From contig NC_068982.1 of assembly GCF_001194135.2 (NCBI RefSeq), positions 167,139,518 to 167,174,064 of the forward strand: DNA of 34,547 nucleotides. The letters run 5' to 3'. Of the stretch, positions 1 through 10,950 are shown one piece after another. The translations under genes and the position numbers were made by a program. The DNA is from Octopus bimaculoides (Eukaryota). Each line of letters starts with the position of its first letter. Position 1 is the stretch's first letter. Below the pieces are notes generated by a model. It was not told where the DNA came from. It searched no databases and saw only the letters and a list, made by a program, of their open reading frames with translations.

Positions 1-84
1 GTGGACCCCTACCTCTACCCGGAATTCATTGCTGTACTCATTTCCAACCCTCACCTTACTGGCCGCATCTCTGTACATGGCTTT
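1..84 (-). mobile_element. RTE-clade LINE reverse transcriptase fragment, running off the left edge
   Basis: The minus strand translates KAMYRDAASKVRVGNEYSNEFRVEVGVH, which in RTE ORF2 immediately precedes QGSVLSPLLF. Confidence 0.85.
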
Positions 85-1625
85 CGAGTGATGAACCTCA
101 GGAAGTTCATGAGCCAAGTTCCAGCCATTATATGCAAGCCCCATCTGCCTTGATACCCCTTTGTAGATTTTATGTCCTAATGGAAATGCTCACCCTACTT
201 GTAACTTGTCACAAGGCAACTGTAGAGAGTACGCTCATATTCACTCCCAACTTTTTAGTCATCCATAGTCTGATGATATTTCAGAATAAAATTCCTTCTT
301 CAGATATTCTTAGACGGAGTTGCTGCTATAATCGGTTTTTCAACGACTTTTTTTTTTTTGTAAGTGTATCAGCAGTGGTCTCACAAAGCTCCTTCTGGAA
401 TTCCTCAGTGCATTGTTGTATCATTCAAAACTTTTTATTCTTTACAAACAATACACAATGCTTCAAGCGAACTACAATACTCTCCTACTAATAGTCTAAT
501 TCACTGACATCTAACAAAACAAACCATAAAAGAATATGAAAATTAGTTATGCAGTCACTCCAACTCATTAACAGTACAAAATTAATATGCACAACACGTA
601 TTACTATCATAATATAAATTGATTGGTTGATAGCATATATGACGCAACAAACATCAATTAGATATGCATATAGATTTTAGTACATACAGTTCATATAACT
701 ATATACATTAATACACGCATATGCAAATCCATACAAACATTTCTATATAGACACCCACACATGTATAGATTTTTAAACAACCCATTGAAATTTTTAAAAA
801 AACCCATATTTATTCACATTATGAGAATACCACACATATGCAATGTAGATAATACACATGCAATAAATACATCAATATAATATTTTAGAGTGACAATTTA
901 GTTACTATTAATCAATAAACAATAGTCTCTGGCACACCAGCTGGTCATTAACTAACAAGGTGGTTGTTTACACTGCTGTTATGACTAATTGGCAGCATCT
1001 GAGAAAATAAAATAAGATTAGGAAATACAGAATATTACAAGCCAAACCTTGGAAGATTATGATACAGGCTAGTAAAACTGAATACATATTTACCACAGAA
1101 CAAAGCACACCACACCAAACCAAACCAAACTGGTTTGTTTAATTCCTTCCTGTAAGATTCATCTAAAGTCATTCTGATCAACCAATCAATATTGTATACA
1201 CTGACTAATCTAAACAGTCTTTATGACTAATATTCTTCTTGATGATAGGTATAATGTAGTAAAGATAGTTAAAATAGTACAGAGCCATATTATAAAGTTT
1301 TACAAGGAGAGAGATTCAGTTGGTTATCATAAGCCTTGTAGTGTCACATCACCAAAGACTTGGATTTTAGATTTGCCAATGCCATATTTCTAGCAATAAC
1401 TTTTGTTACATCTCCTTCAATCCTTTCTTATAGTAGTTCAGGACTCAATAGAAGAATACATTTTTTTTCTCATACACAATATGGAAAAAAGCAGTGTAAG
1501 CAAGAAATATCAACATACACATTAACCAAAGAAATCTAAAGTCTTAGTATATTAAAGACAAACAGTTACTATACTTTTTGAGGTATTTAATCTTTTAAAA
1601 CCAATATTCTTGTGAAATATATATA

Positions 1626-1864
1626 GGTGCAGATATGGCTGTATAGTAAGAAGTTTGCTTCCTAGCTGTATGGTTTTGGGTTTAGGTCCCACAGCATGGC
1701 ACTTTGGGCAAGAAAGTCTTCTACTATAGCTCCAAGCTGACCAAAACTTTGTGAGTGGATTCGATAGACAGAAACTGAAAGAAGCCCGTCATATATGTAT
1801 GTGTGTGTATTGGTTTGTTCAGGTCTCTTGTAACTTAGTAGTTTGGCAAAAATGGACTGACAAA
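1626..1864 (+). mobile_element. tRNA-derived SINE with a CORE-like central domain
   Basis: A-box-like tggctgtatagtaa, B-box-like gggtttaggtccc, then ggcactttgggcaag...ctactatagc...gaaactgaaagaagccc. Same family as 7806-8048, 13595-13969 and 27281-27613. Confidence 0.8.
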
Positions 1865-1965
1865 ATCATCATCGTTTAACATTTGCCACCCAGCAGAGTG
1901 GACTTAGTACTTTTTACATAGCACAGGCGAGGTCAGTTTTGGCAAGGTTTTTACAGCTGGATACC
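1865..1965 (-). mobile_element. RTE-type 3' tail fragment
   Basis: catcatcgtttaac terminus and ggcaaggtttttacagctggat block shared with the copies at 14533 and 20301. Confidence 0.6.
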
Positions 1966-2427
1966 CCCCTCCACACATGGATATCTTGTGGAAATCCTCC
2001 TCCTAGAAGCGTGAAATTGAATGATGTCATTGGATTGCATGTGTTTCTGTGTTACACATTATCATTTATGAATACCAAATCTGACTTTCACAGCATGAAA
2101 AGTACAATTCATTGATGTGTTTAAAGCTTGGTTAAGGTAGAATTAATTAACTAAACTTGTACAAAGCAGTGTTGAATAAAATATATTTGTGTCAAGTCAT
2201 ATCCAACAAGTGTTTGAGATTAAAATATTGCTTAAATATAAAACTGAAGTGAATATAACACAAAAGATTACATTAAATATAAACACATTTTATAAAATAT
2301 TGAAAAGTTAAACTTCACAAAATTTAAGTGCACATTTGGTCTCTAGAAAAGGAACTAAATATATCTAAATGCAAAATTTATTAATATTTTGTTCTTAGAA
2401 AGAGAATCACAACTGCAAGATCCTCTT

Positions 2428-2520
2428 TCATCAGCATTTAATGTCCGTTTTCCATGCTGGCATCAGTTGGATGGTTTAACCGAGGTTTGGAAAGCCAGTG
2501 GCTGCACCAGGTTCCAATTG
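2428..2520 (-). mobile_element. RTE-type 3' tail fragment (diverged)
   Basis: catcagcatttaatgtccgttttccatgctggcat...ggctgcaccaggttccaat aligns by eye to the 14533 copy. Confidence 0.7.
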
Positions 2521-2842
2521 ATGGATAACCATGACAATACTTTTTCTCTAGTGAGAAGTTGATTTGGCATAAAGAGTTCAGCAGAGTAGTCAGTTAGCAG
2601 GCATGTCAAGACCTCAATCAATGCAAGGTAGTTCATTCAACAGATCAATGGTAAACACAGATGACCTTCTGAAGATAAGTGGATAAACTTCAGGAGGCTA
2701 TGCTACTATCTTTATTAAATAGTTATGAAAAATGCAGGACTGAGGTGTAAGGTAGAGGGTAGCAATTTAGCTGTTAAACCAACCAGGTATTTAAAAGCAT
2801 AATGAGTTGGTTGCACTGATATAGAATATAATGCAAATACAT

Positions 2843-3030
2843 GACAACTGTTGGGTGAAAATATGTTGTCTGTTAACAGTGGAAGGTACCCATAGCAGAA
2901 GAAAACAAATGAAGTGATGAAACCAGATTCTGAGGTGCAAGGTCTGATGAGATGATACAAGACTGAAAAGAATGTTGATGAGGACCCAACCAATTTAAGC
3001 ATGCAAAAATAGATGTTTATAATGATGAAA
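2843..3030 (+). mobile_element. Degenerate RTE ORF2 C-terminus with a short 3' tail
   Basis: Translates DNCWVKICCLLTVEGTHSRRK, similar to EDSCVKKCHTLAVEETCGRGR at 19098-19301. Ends gcatgcaaaaatagatgtttataatgatga. Confidence 0.6.
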
Positions 3031-3224
3031 CAAAGGTTTAAAAATAACAATCATTAAATATAATGGAAACTTTAGAAAACTGCAAATTTTAACATCAGAT
3101 GTACAGCCCACACAAAATTTGCTGTTAGACATAACTTTTCACACTGATGCAATGCCACAAAATTGTAAATAGTTAATGTTAAAAGAATGACCCCACCCAC
3201 CTTCCAATACATGACTAACCTACT

Positions 3225-3385
3225 GGTAAACCAATAAAGGAAGTTCTAATGCAGTTGCTTAACTTGCAAAAAATAGTAACCAAATCTCCCTGAAATCATG
3301 CTCGACTGCCTGGGAAAAACATTGGGCACATTGAATAATGTAATCCTAGATACAGTAGTTCTGAATAAAAGAAGGGATGATGATG
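3225..3385 (+). mobile_element. Second SINE family, diverged fragment
   Basis: cttaacttgc...aaatagtaaccaaatctccc...gaataatgtaatcctag is homologous to the reverse complement of 10760-10950 and 5990-6135. Confidence 0.5.
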
Positions 3386-3600
3386 ATCATCCTCATTTAA
3401 CATCTGTTTTCCATGCTGGTATGGGTTGGACAGTTTGACAGGAGCTGGCTAACCAGAGAGCTGTCAAGGCTCCATTTGCCTGTTTTGGCATGGTTTCTAT
3501 GGTTGGATGCCTCTAATGCCAACTACTTTACAGGGAGTGCTGGGTGCTTTTCACCTAGCACTGACATAGGTACTGGCATGAGTGCTATGTGGCACCAACA
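3386..3600 (-). mobile_element. Older RTE-tail non-autonomous element
   Basis: catttaacatctgttttccatgctggtatgggttggac...ggatgcctctaatgccaac; same family as 17322 and 18035. Confidence 0.7.
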
Positions 3601-3710
3601 CGAGTGTTATGGGAGCCAAATAAGAAGCTTACTGAAAGTTGCAAATAAGTATGTAGGCAATAAAATTATTGGTAGAGGGATATCAAATGGTTGCATTGGA
3701 GTAAAAGGTA

Positions 3711-3913
3711 TTAATCCTTGACACTGATCTGCTTAATACTGCACTGGTTCTAGGATACAAATTTCATGTTTTAAAGTGATCTAAAAAAAATCTTCCAAAA
3801 TTCTATGTTATGTTTTAAACATAACAAAATTATTTCAATAAATTCATTATTTTCAAAATTAATTGAGACAAAGGCTGTGTATTTCAACAGAAATATGGTG
3901 ACAAAAGAGTTAA
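3711..3913. mobile_element. MITE with TTAA ends, piggyBac-like (family B)
   Basis: TTAA-tccttgaca ... tgacaaaagag-TTAA. The TIRs are degenerate, the ~195-nt body is AT-rich, and there is no coding capacity. Confidence 0.5.
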
Positions 3914-5989
3914 AGACGGAGATGAGCAAAAGCTGAAAAATTTTCTACCTGAGTAGAGACAATGCAGTGTAAGAGACAATGGACGCCTTGCAACAGTAAA
4001 AGAGTTAAATGTGTATGGCCAGGTTGATATGCATCATTAATCTAGGAGACTGATTGAATATATGTAAAAGAGTTAAAAAAAAAAAAGAAAAAGGCTATGT
4101 ACCAGAGCCATTTCAAAACCAATTGGATGTTGTATGTGGGGAGTGGGTGAAAGGGGGAGGTCAACCCTGCTTTAAAAAAAATTTTAATGGAAAATGATTT
4201 AATTAAGAGAAATTACTGTGGCAGACATAGCTTGAACAAACTTCCAAGGAAAGAGATTGAGTTAGATCTTAAAAAAAAAAAGATAAGAAAAGGAAAAAAA
4301 CCTCACACATATTTGATCAAGAAGTGCTCTTAAAAGCTTTAAAAAGGTTACCAAGGGTTACCAGTTTCCCGCATCAATGATTTTGATTGCTAAGTGAACT
4401 AAGTTGAAAGTAGAAGGAAAAATGGTGCCTTTGGAAACTAGAAACAGTCAGTATTGGCAAAAGCAGCAAAATATGAGAAGTTCAACCTACAAAACATATC
4501 CTGTTTACAAATGTTCAGTCAAGTAGAATTAGGTGTATTGCTCAAATACACCAAAATTCATAGAGAAATCCTATATTTCAAACCATTTAAGCAAGAAAAA
4601 GAAAATAGAAAACAGTGTTTATAACTGAGAATTTCTTTATATGTTAAAAATAATTTGTTTTGTAGAGTTTTCTCACCTACACCTCACTCTCAACTAATAT
4701 GTCATCATTTGCAGTGAAGTCATGAACAGGACACTGACACAAACTGCTTGATAAGTGACCTTTCTCAGAGTTCTACATTAAATCACTAGATAAATATACT
4801 GCTCAAACATATTTGAAATATATATGATATAATTACATCTTTTATATTAGTTTTGATTTAGTTATCTGTAAATGAGCACCATAAATGCTTAAATGATTAT
4901 GTGCTTGCTTATAATTAATCACAACTAATTTTGAATGCATAGTGCATGTTTGAGTATTTATATACAGTTACATGTGTACACATTATTTTAAATACACATT
5001 TGTATGAATATAAAGTGTGGCCAAAAATCCCAAAGAGCATTTAACCATTAAGGTTGTAAATATCTGTTTTTGTGCTCATGTTCAAAATTTATATTATATT
5101 TGTACAACCTGAGCCACCCATGATCAGAAGATCAATGTACAAAAGAATTCCAGACATGACCATACATGCATATACAAAATCACACACACAAATACATTCA
5201 AACTACAAAAACTAAGATTAAATGCTGAGATAATGATTACATGGTCATAAGTTCAAACCCTCAATTCTTTAGAATCAACATGGATATGGTCATGTTGGGG
5301 TACCAACTTCAGTGACAGTTGATCCAGGTCTTTGGAGTTATGTTTGCTCTATATTTTGGGAGCCATAATTTTTTGTATTTAGCATCAAAAGTATGTAGAT
5401 TAGTGAGCTGGTGGAGACTGTTCAACCTTTTCAAATAATTGATCTGGGAACATAGACAATACCCTCAATCGTTTTACAAAAGTTGTGTATCTTTAAATGA
5501 AAAACTGCAGCAGAGGCTTGGTCACAGGTTGGAAGTTATCCTCAGATTAGAGGAGGTGGTTTGAATGCTTATAACAGAGTGTACCCTGTTAAAGGCACCC
5601 AAAAGCCAGGTGACTGTCAAATCAATCAATGAATTAAGTCTTTCACCTAAGAATAGGAACAGCCCCTCCAAAATTTTTGAAAAAAACTAGGCCAAGGTTT
5701 TGTGCATCAGGAATGAACCAGAAACCACAGCTGTGAAATAAACTTCTGAACCATACAACCATGTCTGTGCAGTGATCTAATTCACATAAAAATCTAATTA
5801 GAAATATTTATGTAGTGAGGATGAAACAACATTAGTTTAATGATTAACACAGGAGATGACTGTACATGTTTTGGACGTATTAAACCCCAACAGGGTATAA
5901 ATTTCACCATGCTTGCTGCTAAAATAGTAATGAGGAAAATGCTCAGTAAATATATTATATTGCACATGAAAGGCACTAGTTGTTCAGTC

Positions 5990-6135
5990 AAGTCAAGCAG
6001 ATCTATGACCAGAGGCATTTCACTTATTACCGTTTTCCTAAGGCTGTTTTGGATTATCCAATGTATTCTTCAATATTTGAGATAAGAATGTGGTCTGAAG
6101 GTTACTTGACTTTAGCAAGTTGAACAGCCATGTAG
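5990..6135 (-). mobile_element. Second SINE family fragment
   Basis: gttgttcagtcaagtcaagcagatctatgaccagaggcattt...ttagcaagttgaacagccatgtag is similar to 10760-10950. Confidence 0.5.
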
Positions 6136-6962
6136 AAACTCCTTTAGTGCAAAGGAATGGACTCTAAATATATGGTCTTCTAGATACATGACAAAATTTT
6201 CTATTACAGATTGGGTTCACTGATTTATGGGATTTATCAATGTTCATGTGTGAATAAAAACAAAATATCTATCCTTTACAATAGAAAGGAATAAATGGGA
6301 GGAAATGCTTGGAGTTGCCTACTGCATAGAAACTTAATACTGACGCTAGTATACTTGATGTAGTGGGACAATGAATAAATAAATAAATTAAAATACGCCT
6401 TTAGTAATGAGAATAATCATTATCTAAATGACTAATTCTGGTCACAAAAGGCAGGGGAGACAATCTCGAAATTTTAATTTAAAATGGAATGCAGTGAGAA
6501 GTGAGGAATCTTGAGCAGCTTGACCAAACTTTTGCAGGTTAATGTCTCAGTAAAAATATAAGCCAGGAAGATATACTTAAGAATTATGTCTCGTGGAAGG
6601 AATGATCAATGTGCTTAGTGGAGGATCTAAGGGCGAAACAAAGATGGTGAGAGAGTATGCAGCTTCTAGTTCACGAACAGACACCAATATAGCAACAAGC
6701 AATATAAGTCTAAGTTCATTCATATTTAGAATTCTTAATAGGAATATTAAATCGACACCGAAAGTATGAGAAACAAAGTTAACTACAGTGGGATTTGAAC
6801 TCCTGACTAAATATCACAAAGCATTTTGTCTAACGCTCTGAATGACAATCAACAACCAACAGGTGATCAGCACTTTTGACTTCAGCGAACGTGGATACAA
6901 CGTTTATATATTTCCCAAGTGAAAATATATGCGTGTGTGAGAATATATAATAAAAGTTTCCC

Positions 6963-6993
6963 GAGAGAGGGAGAGAGAGAGAGAGGGAGTGAG
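6963..6993. repeat. (GA)n-rich microsatellite
   Basis: gagagagggagagagagagagagggagtgag. Confidence 0.85.
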
Positions 6994-7805
6994 AAAGATC
7001 CTTAGCTTTTTGATAGAAATGAGTGTGTAAGCATGAAAAGGATGGGTGCAGCTACATTTGATTCAACAATGTATTTTCGGGTGTTGTCGGTTTGAATAAT
7101 TATATTTTTCATAGCACAGCAACTCCTTTCTGCTCCGAGACCTTGAGCTACCCAAAATGATATAATTCGTGTGTGTGTAAACGGTATATTATTTTCTTCA
7201 GAAGAATGGGCGGAAAATTACCTAAGTTGTATTATGTGGAACGTGCCAAATGTGATTTATACATGTATAAGATGTGCTTCCGTAACTTCGTACTAGTAGT
7301 TTAAAAAAACCAAACGAACCAGTTTGTTACCTTTAATCATTTAATGTACGAATTTTTTTTATACATTTGAATGAATATTTTCGTTCGCTGCTTCCATGTC
7401 AATCCTTAAACGACGTGGACAATATTTCCCATACCAAAATTGGATGGAAGTTCAACATTAATAGAATGTTTCTATGGGAAGTCAATTTTTCACACTAGTT
7501 CAATTTACTTAGCTGTCGGGTTTATAACTCACACCCCAGGAAGATTTATCTAATCCGCTTAACCACGAGTTTTTAAGAGCTCTTTGGGGCTGTTGCATCA
7601 ATGGAATATAACGAATTATAGATAAATGCAAAATATAAACACTGGCATTGTAATGCACACACATGTATGTGTATACAGAGGCACTAACATACACGTGTAA
7701 GCATTCGTGTTTGTGAAATTTAAGAAAATACATACATGACACATCAAATGCGGAGAATAATAGTGACAAATTATATTATTTGTTTGTATCAAGTCCGAAA
7801 ACAGT

Positions 7806-8048
7806 CCACCGCCTTTAGTCCCCAGGACTTATTCTTTGTAAGCCTAACACTTATGCTATCTGTTACTTATGCCGAACTGCTAAGTTACGGGCTTCTTTCA
7901 GTTTCCGTCTACCAAAATCGAGTCACAAGGCTTTGCTCTGCCCGAGGCTATAGTAGAAGACATTTGCCCAAGATGTCACGCCATGGGACTGAACCCGGAA
8001 GTATGTGGTTGGTAAGCAAACTACTTACCACATAGCCACTCCTGCGCG
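7806..8048 (-). mobile_element. tRNA-derived SINE, well preserved copy
   Basis: The reverse complement begins gcgcaggagtggctatgtggtaag (A box) ... cgggttcagtccc (B box, 7985-7997) ... catcttgggcaaatgtcttctactatagcc (CORE-like block). Confidence 0.88.
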
Positions 8049-8053
8049 CTTGT

Positions 8054-8086
8054 GTATATATATATATATATATATATATCGACTCC

Positions 8087-8138
<52 letters not shown>
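8054..8138. repeat. Compound (TA)n / (GT)n microsatellite
   Basis: Direct reading of the dinucleotide runs. Confidence 0.95.
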
Positions 8139-8789
8139 GTACACGTGCGTTTCATTTTGACAATTATGGTACTCATACCGTAATTTAGCCATATGTTTCA
8201 CTACATATATATATATGAATTTTCTTTTGAGTATATATATATCTATACAGATAGATAAATTTTCTTTTTGCATAGACTTCGTAACTGAGAGGCTTCTCGC
8301 AATCCCTTGAACATTTGCAATTAACTAATAAGTAATTAAATTAAAACCATTCATTATTAGTAATAAAACGTTACTAATAACAAAGCAGCAATGAAACGTA
8401 AAACAATTGATTTTTTTCCTTAACTATAGTATTCAGTTTACAATTTTCTTAATGTTTTCATTAAAAGACGGACGTAACTGCACTTCTACACTTATCGTTT
8501 CACAGTTTAATAGTATTTAGCAGGTTATCAACATTTTCGATCCAGTGTATATTCTGGACTGTACAACTAGTTTACATCAACATTCTAACTTATTTTTCAA
8601 TCAATAAAATTAGAAATTCTCCCGCAATGTTAACAACTGTCTTTACCACTATGAATACGTCTGCCCCAACTAGTTAGCATGAAATCAGCTGTAACAATCC
8701 CAATACCAACATTACAGATACACATATGTATATTATACATACCTACATACACATATGTATAGTCGCTAACGTGTGTGATTCCTTCAGCC

Positions 8790-9288
8790 TACATCATCCA
8801 CATATCACCATCGCAGCTGACTTTCACACTCTCTCTAAAACACATACTTCTCCCATCCCTCTTTTAGTGTCCCTTCTCTTCCTACTACTCCATATTTATT
8901 TCCTCCTCTCATTGTTTCTTCCTATCCATCCTAGCTCTTCTTTTAACTCCTACCATAGTGCTTACAATAGTCTTTCTTGCACCAACTCTCTTTAACCCAA
9001 CACCTCCAACTACCTATAATTTTGTGTTCTCCTCCTACTCTGTTATCTCCTCCTGTTCCTCTGAGCTATTCATTCCTCCGCCCTTGACAGATACTGTTTG
9101 CACTCGCCTCCTCCTCTTCCTCTTAAATATCTCTTACCAACCCCTGTAACACTCTCTTCTACACCTACCACAAATATGTTTGTGCTTGCCTTCTCTTCCC
9201 CCTCCCTATAGTTTTCTTATCTCCCACTATTTCCGCGACACTCTCTCCTCCACCCACCACAGACGGAACAGGTCCGAGCCTTTTCAAA
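8790..9288 (+). promoter_or_regulatory. Probable ETF1 promoter / 5' UTR region, strongly pyrimidine-rich on the + strand
   Basis: Lies directly upstream of the start codon, inside a CpG-retaining zone. Long C/T tracts include TCT-like stretches (ctctcttct ~9152, ccttctcttcc ~9189). The TSS cannot be placed, and a 5' UTR intron ending at cag 9262 or 9271 cannot be excluded. Confidence 0.55.
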
Positions 9289-9386
9289 ATGGCTTCCAAC
9301 GGTGTGGATGGTGAAACGAACGCCGATCGTAACGTCGAAATATGGAAGATAAAGAAGCTGATCAAAAGCCTGGAGGCGGCTAGGGG
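9289..9386 (+). CDS. ETF1: eRF1 coding exon 1 ([33 protein letters not shown])
   Basis: ATG at 9289 in a strong context (aaaATGg). The translation contains the eRF1 N-terminal signature [21 protein letters not shown]. It ends GG|GTAAAT (phase 2) and joins A-AAT of the next exon to give the GNGTS loop. Not in the ORF track. Confidence 0.96.
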
Positions 9387-9524
9387 GTAAATGTTTTCGC
9401 TCAATCTTCACGTACTGGTGAAACATTCTCTTAACGTTGGGCCGACATAGGGAGTTGTGTAAATTCCCCAAAACTAGTCGACCAGTTTCTTTGCTGCCTG
9501 TCTGTATATGTGTGTATATAAGCG

Positions 9525-9576
9525 TGTGTGTGTGTGTGAAAAGAAATTTTTTCTGTACCTCTCTCTCTCTCTCTCA
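9525..9576. repeat. (GT)n and (CT)n short microsatellites at the start of intron 1
   Basis: gtgtgtgtgtgtgtg and ctctctctctctctc runs. Confidence 0.85.
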
Positions 9577-10759
9577 GTATGTTTGCCACATGGCTTAATG
9601 TTCGCCCATCCTTTTATTCATTTACCGACAACTGTAGATTTCCACAGGCTATAAATGGTTACCTATACAATTTTGTTTTTGTTTTTAAAAACTGGGTTAC
9701 AATCTTTTTTTTTTTTATGATTTCAATTGATGATAGATAACAGCACAGTAAAATATATATCTATATAATCGTTCTATACACATGCAGCCTGTCTCATAAA
9801 CATAAAATTTCACTGTAAGTCTGAAGAGTTTCTATCGTACCGTTTGCTTTATAGTCGCAGCTGCCTGTTTGAGACTAGTATCAGTCAATCCAGTATATAT
9901 GTATATATATACATATATATAATATAATATACACGTTGTGGCCTGCTACTATACACCGGATTCTCTTTACATCCTAAACTACAACTACCCAAGCAAGAAG
10001 CTTAAAAGCATTACTCTTATTTAAACATTTATAATTATCACACATATGTACATGTACCTTAACTTATATAATATGTACCGTTGATGAAATAAAAACTCTC
10101 CTAGAATGAAGATATGTCGCATATCTATTAACCTCTGTCTGTCTAACAATCTGTGATCATACAATCTTATAATTTAAGCTTTCTTGTATACGAGACATCG
10201 AGGGAACCTTTCTCAACCTAGCCATTTATTTAACACGTCTCTTTCTGTTGAAATTAGCTGTTTTACTTCCTTTCCTAGTTTATTAATTATTAAATCCGTT
10301 TCAAAGCTATTATTAATGTTAGAATTATCATTATTCGTGAAACGTACGTTGCCTTTTAATTGATGTGTTCATTATCTCCAGTAGTTTGTGGTATGACGTG
10401 CTGAGGCACTTGCTTCTTATTATCCCATTTATGTAAACCATGCTTCTCTCACCTGGCTGTCACCTTAATGTAAGATCCAAGTGTTGCTGTCATAAGGCCA
10501 CTCAATTACTTCACTAGCACATCATATATATATTTATACATATAAAGATTTTCACTAACATGCTGTGCTAATAGTAATTACATACTATATGTGCACATTA
10601 CATACACAGCACTAATATACATCACATAATACACACGTTAATCTAAGTAAGCATGAATATTTGCTAAATTAAACGAAACATAATATTGTATATATTACAT
10701 TGTGTACAGTTTATACTATTTAATTCGTACTATATATAACGCTATATTTCATCGTTGTT

Positions 10760-10950
10760 GAGGTTAAGGCCTAGGTCGGCCCTAATACAACAAACTTATG
10801 ATGAAAGACATATCGACTGTGATTTCACCGCCTTTTTAAGAATATCTACTGCTAGATTAGCTAGATTATTCAGTGTCCTTCTCTTTAAGACTTTAGGGAC
10901 ATTTGTTTGCTATTTTAAGCAAGTTTAGCGACCACGTAAATGTCCCCTTG
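10760..10950 (-). mobile_element. Second SINE family fragment
   Basis: ggcctaggtcggccctaatacaacaaacttatgatgaaagacat...gctattttaagcaagtttagcgaccacgtaaatgtcccc; shared with 3225-3385 and 5990-6135. Confidence 0.6.

Noticed and set aside
132-491. Supplied 119-aa ORF
   Set aside because: No recognisable domain, poly-T-derived FFFF, and it lies antisense next to a LINE fragment.
4103-4268. Minus-strand exon of an upstream gene (acceptor- and donor-like ends)
   Set aside because: No protein-like reading frame was found and there are no partner exons.
7985-8045. tRNA gene (A and B boxes present)
   Set aside because: No cloverleaf can be formed. The boxes are followed by the SINE body and recur in several diverged copies.
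8025-8273. ORFs with THTHTH, YIYIYI or RERERE runs (also 21159-21425, 18354-18611)
   Set aside because: These are translations of dinucleotide microsatellites.
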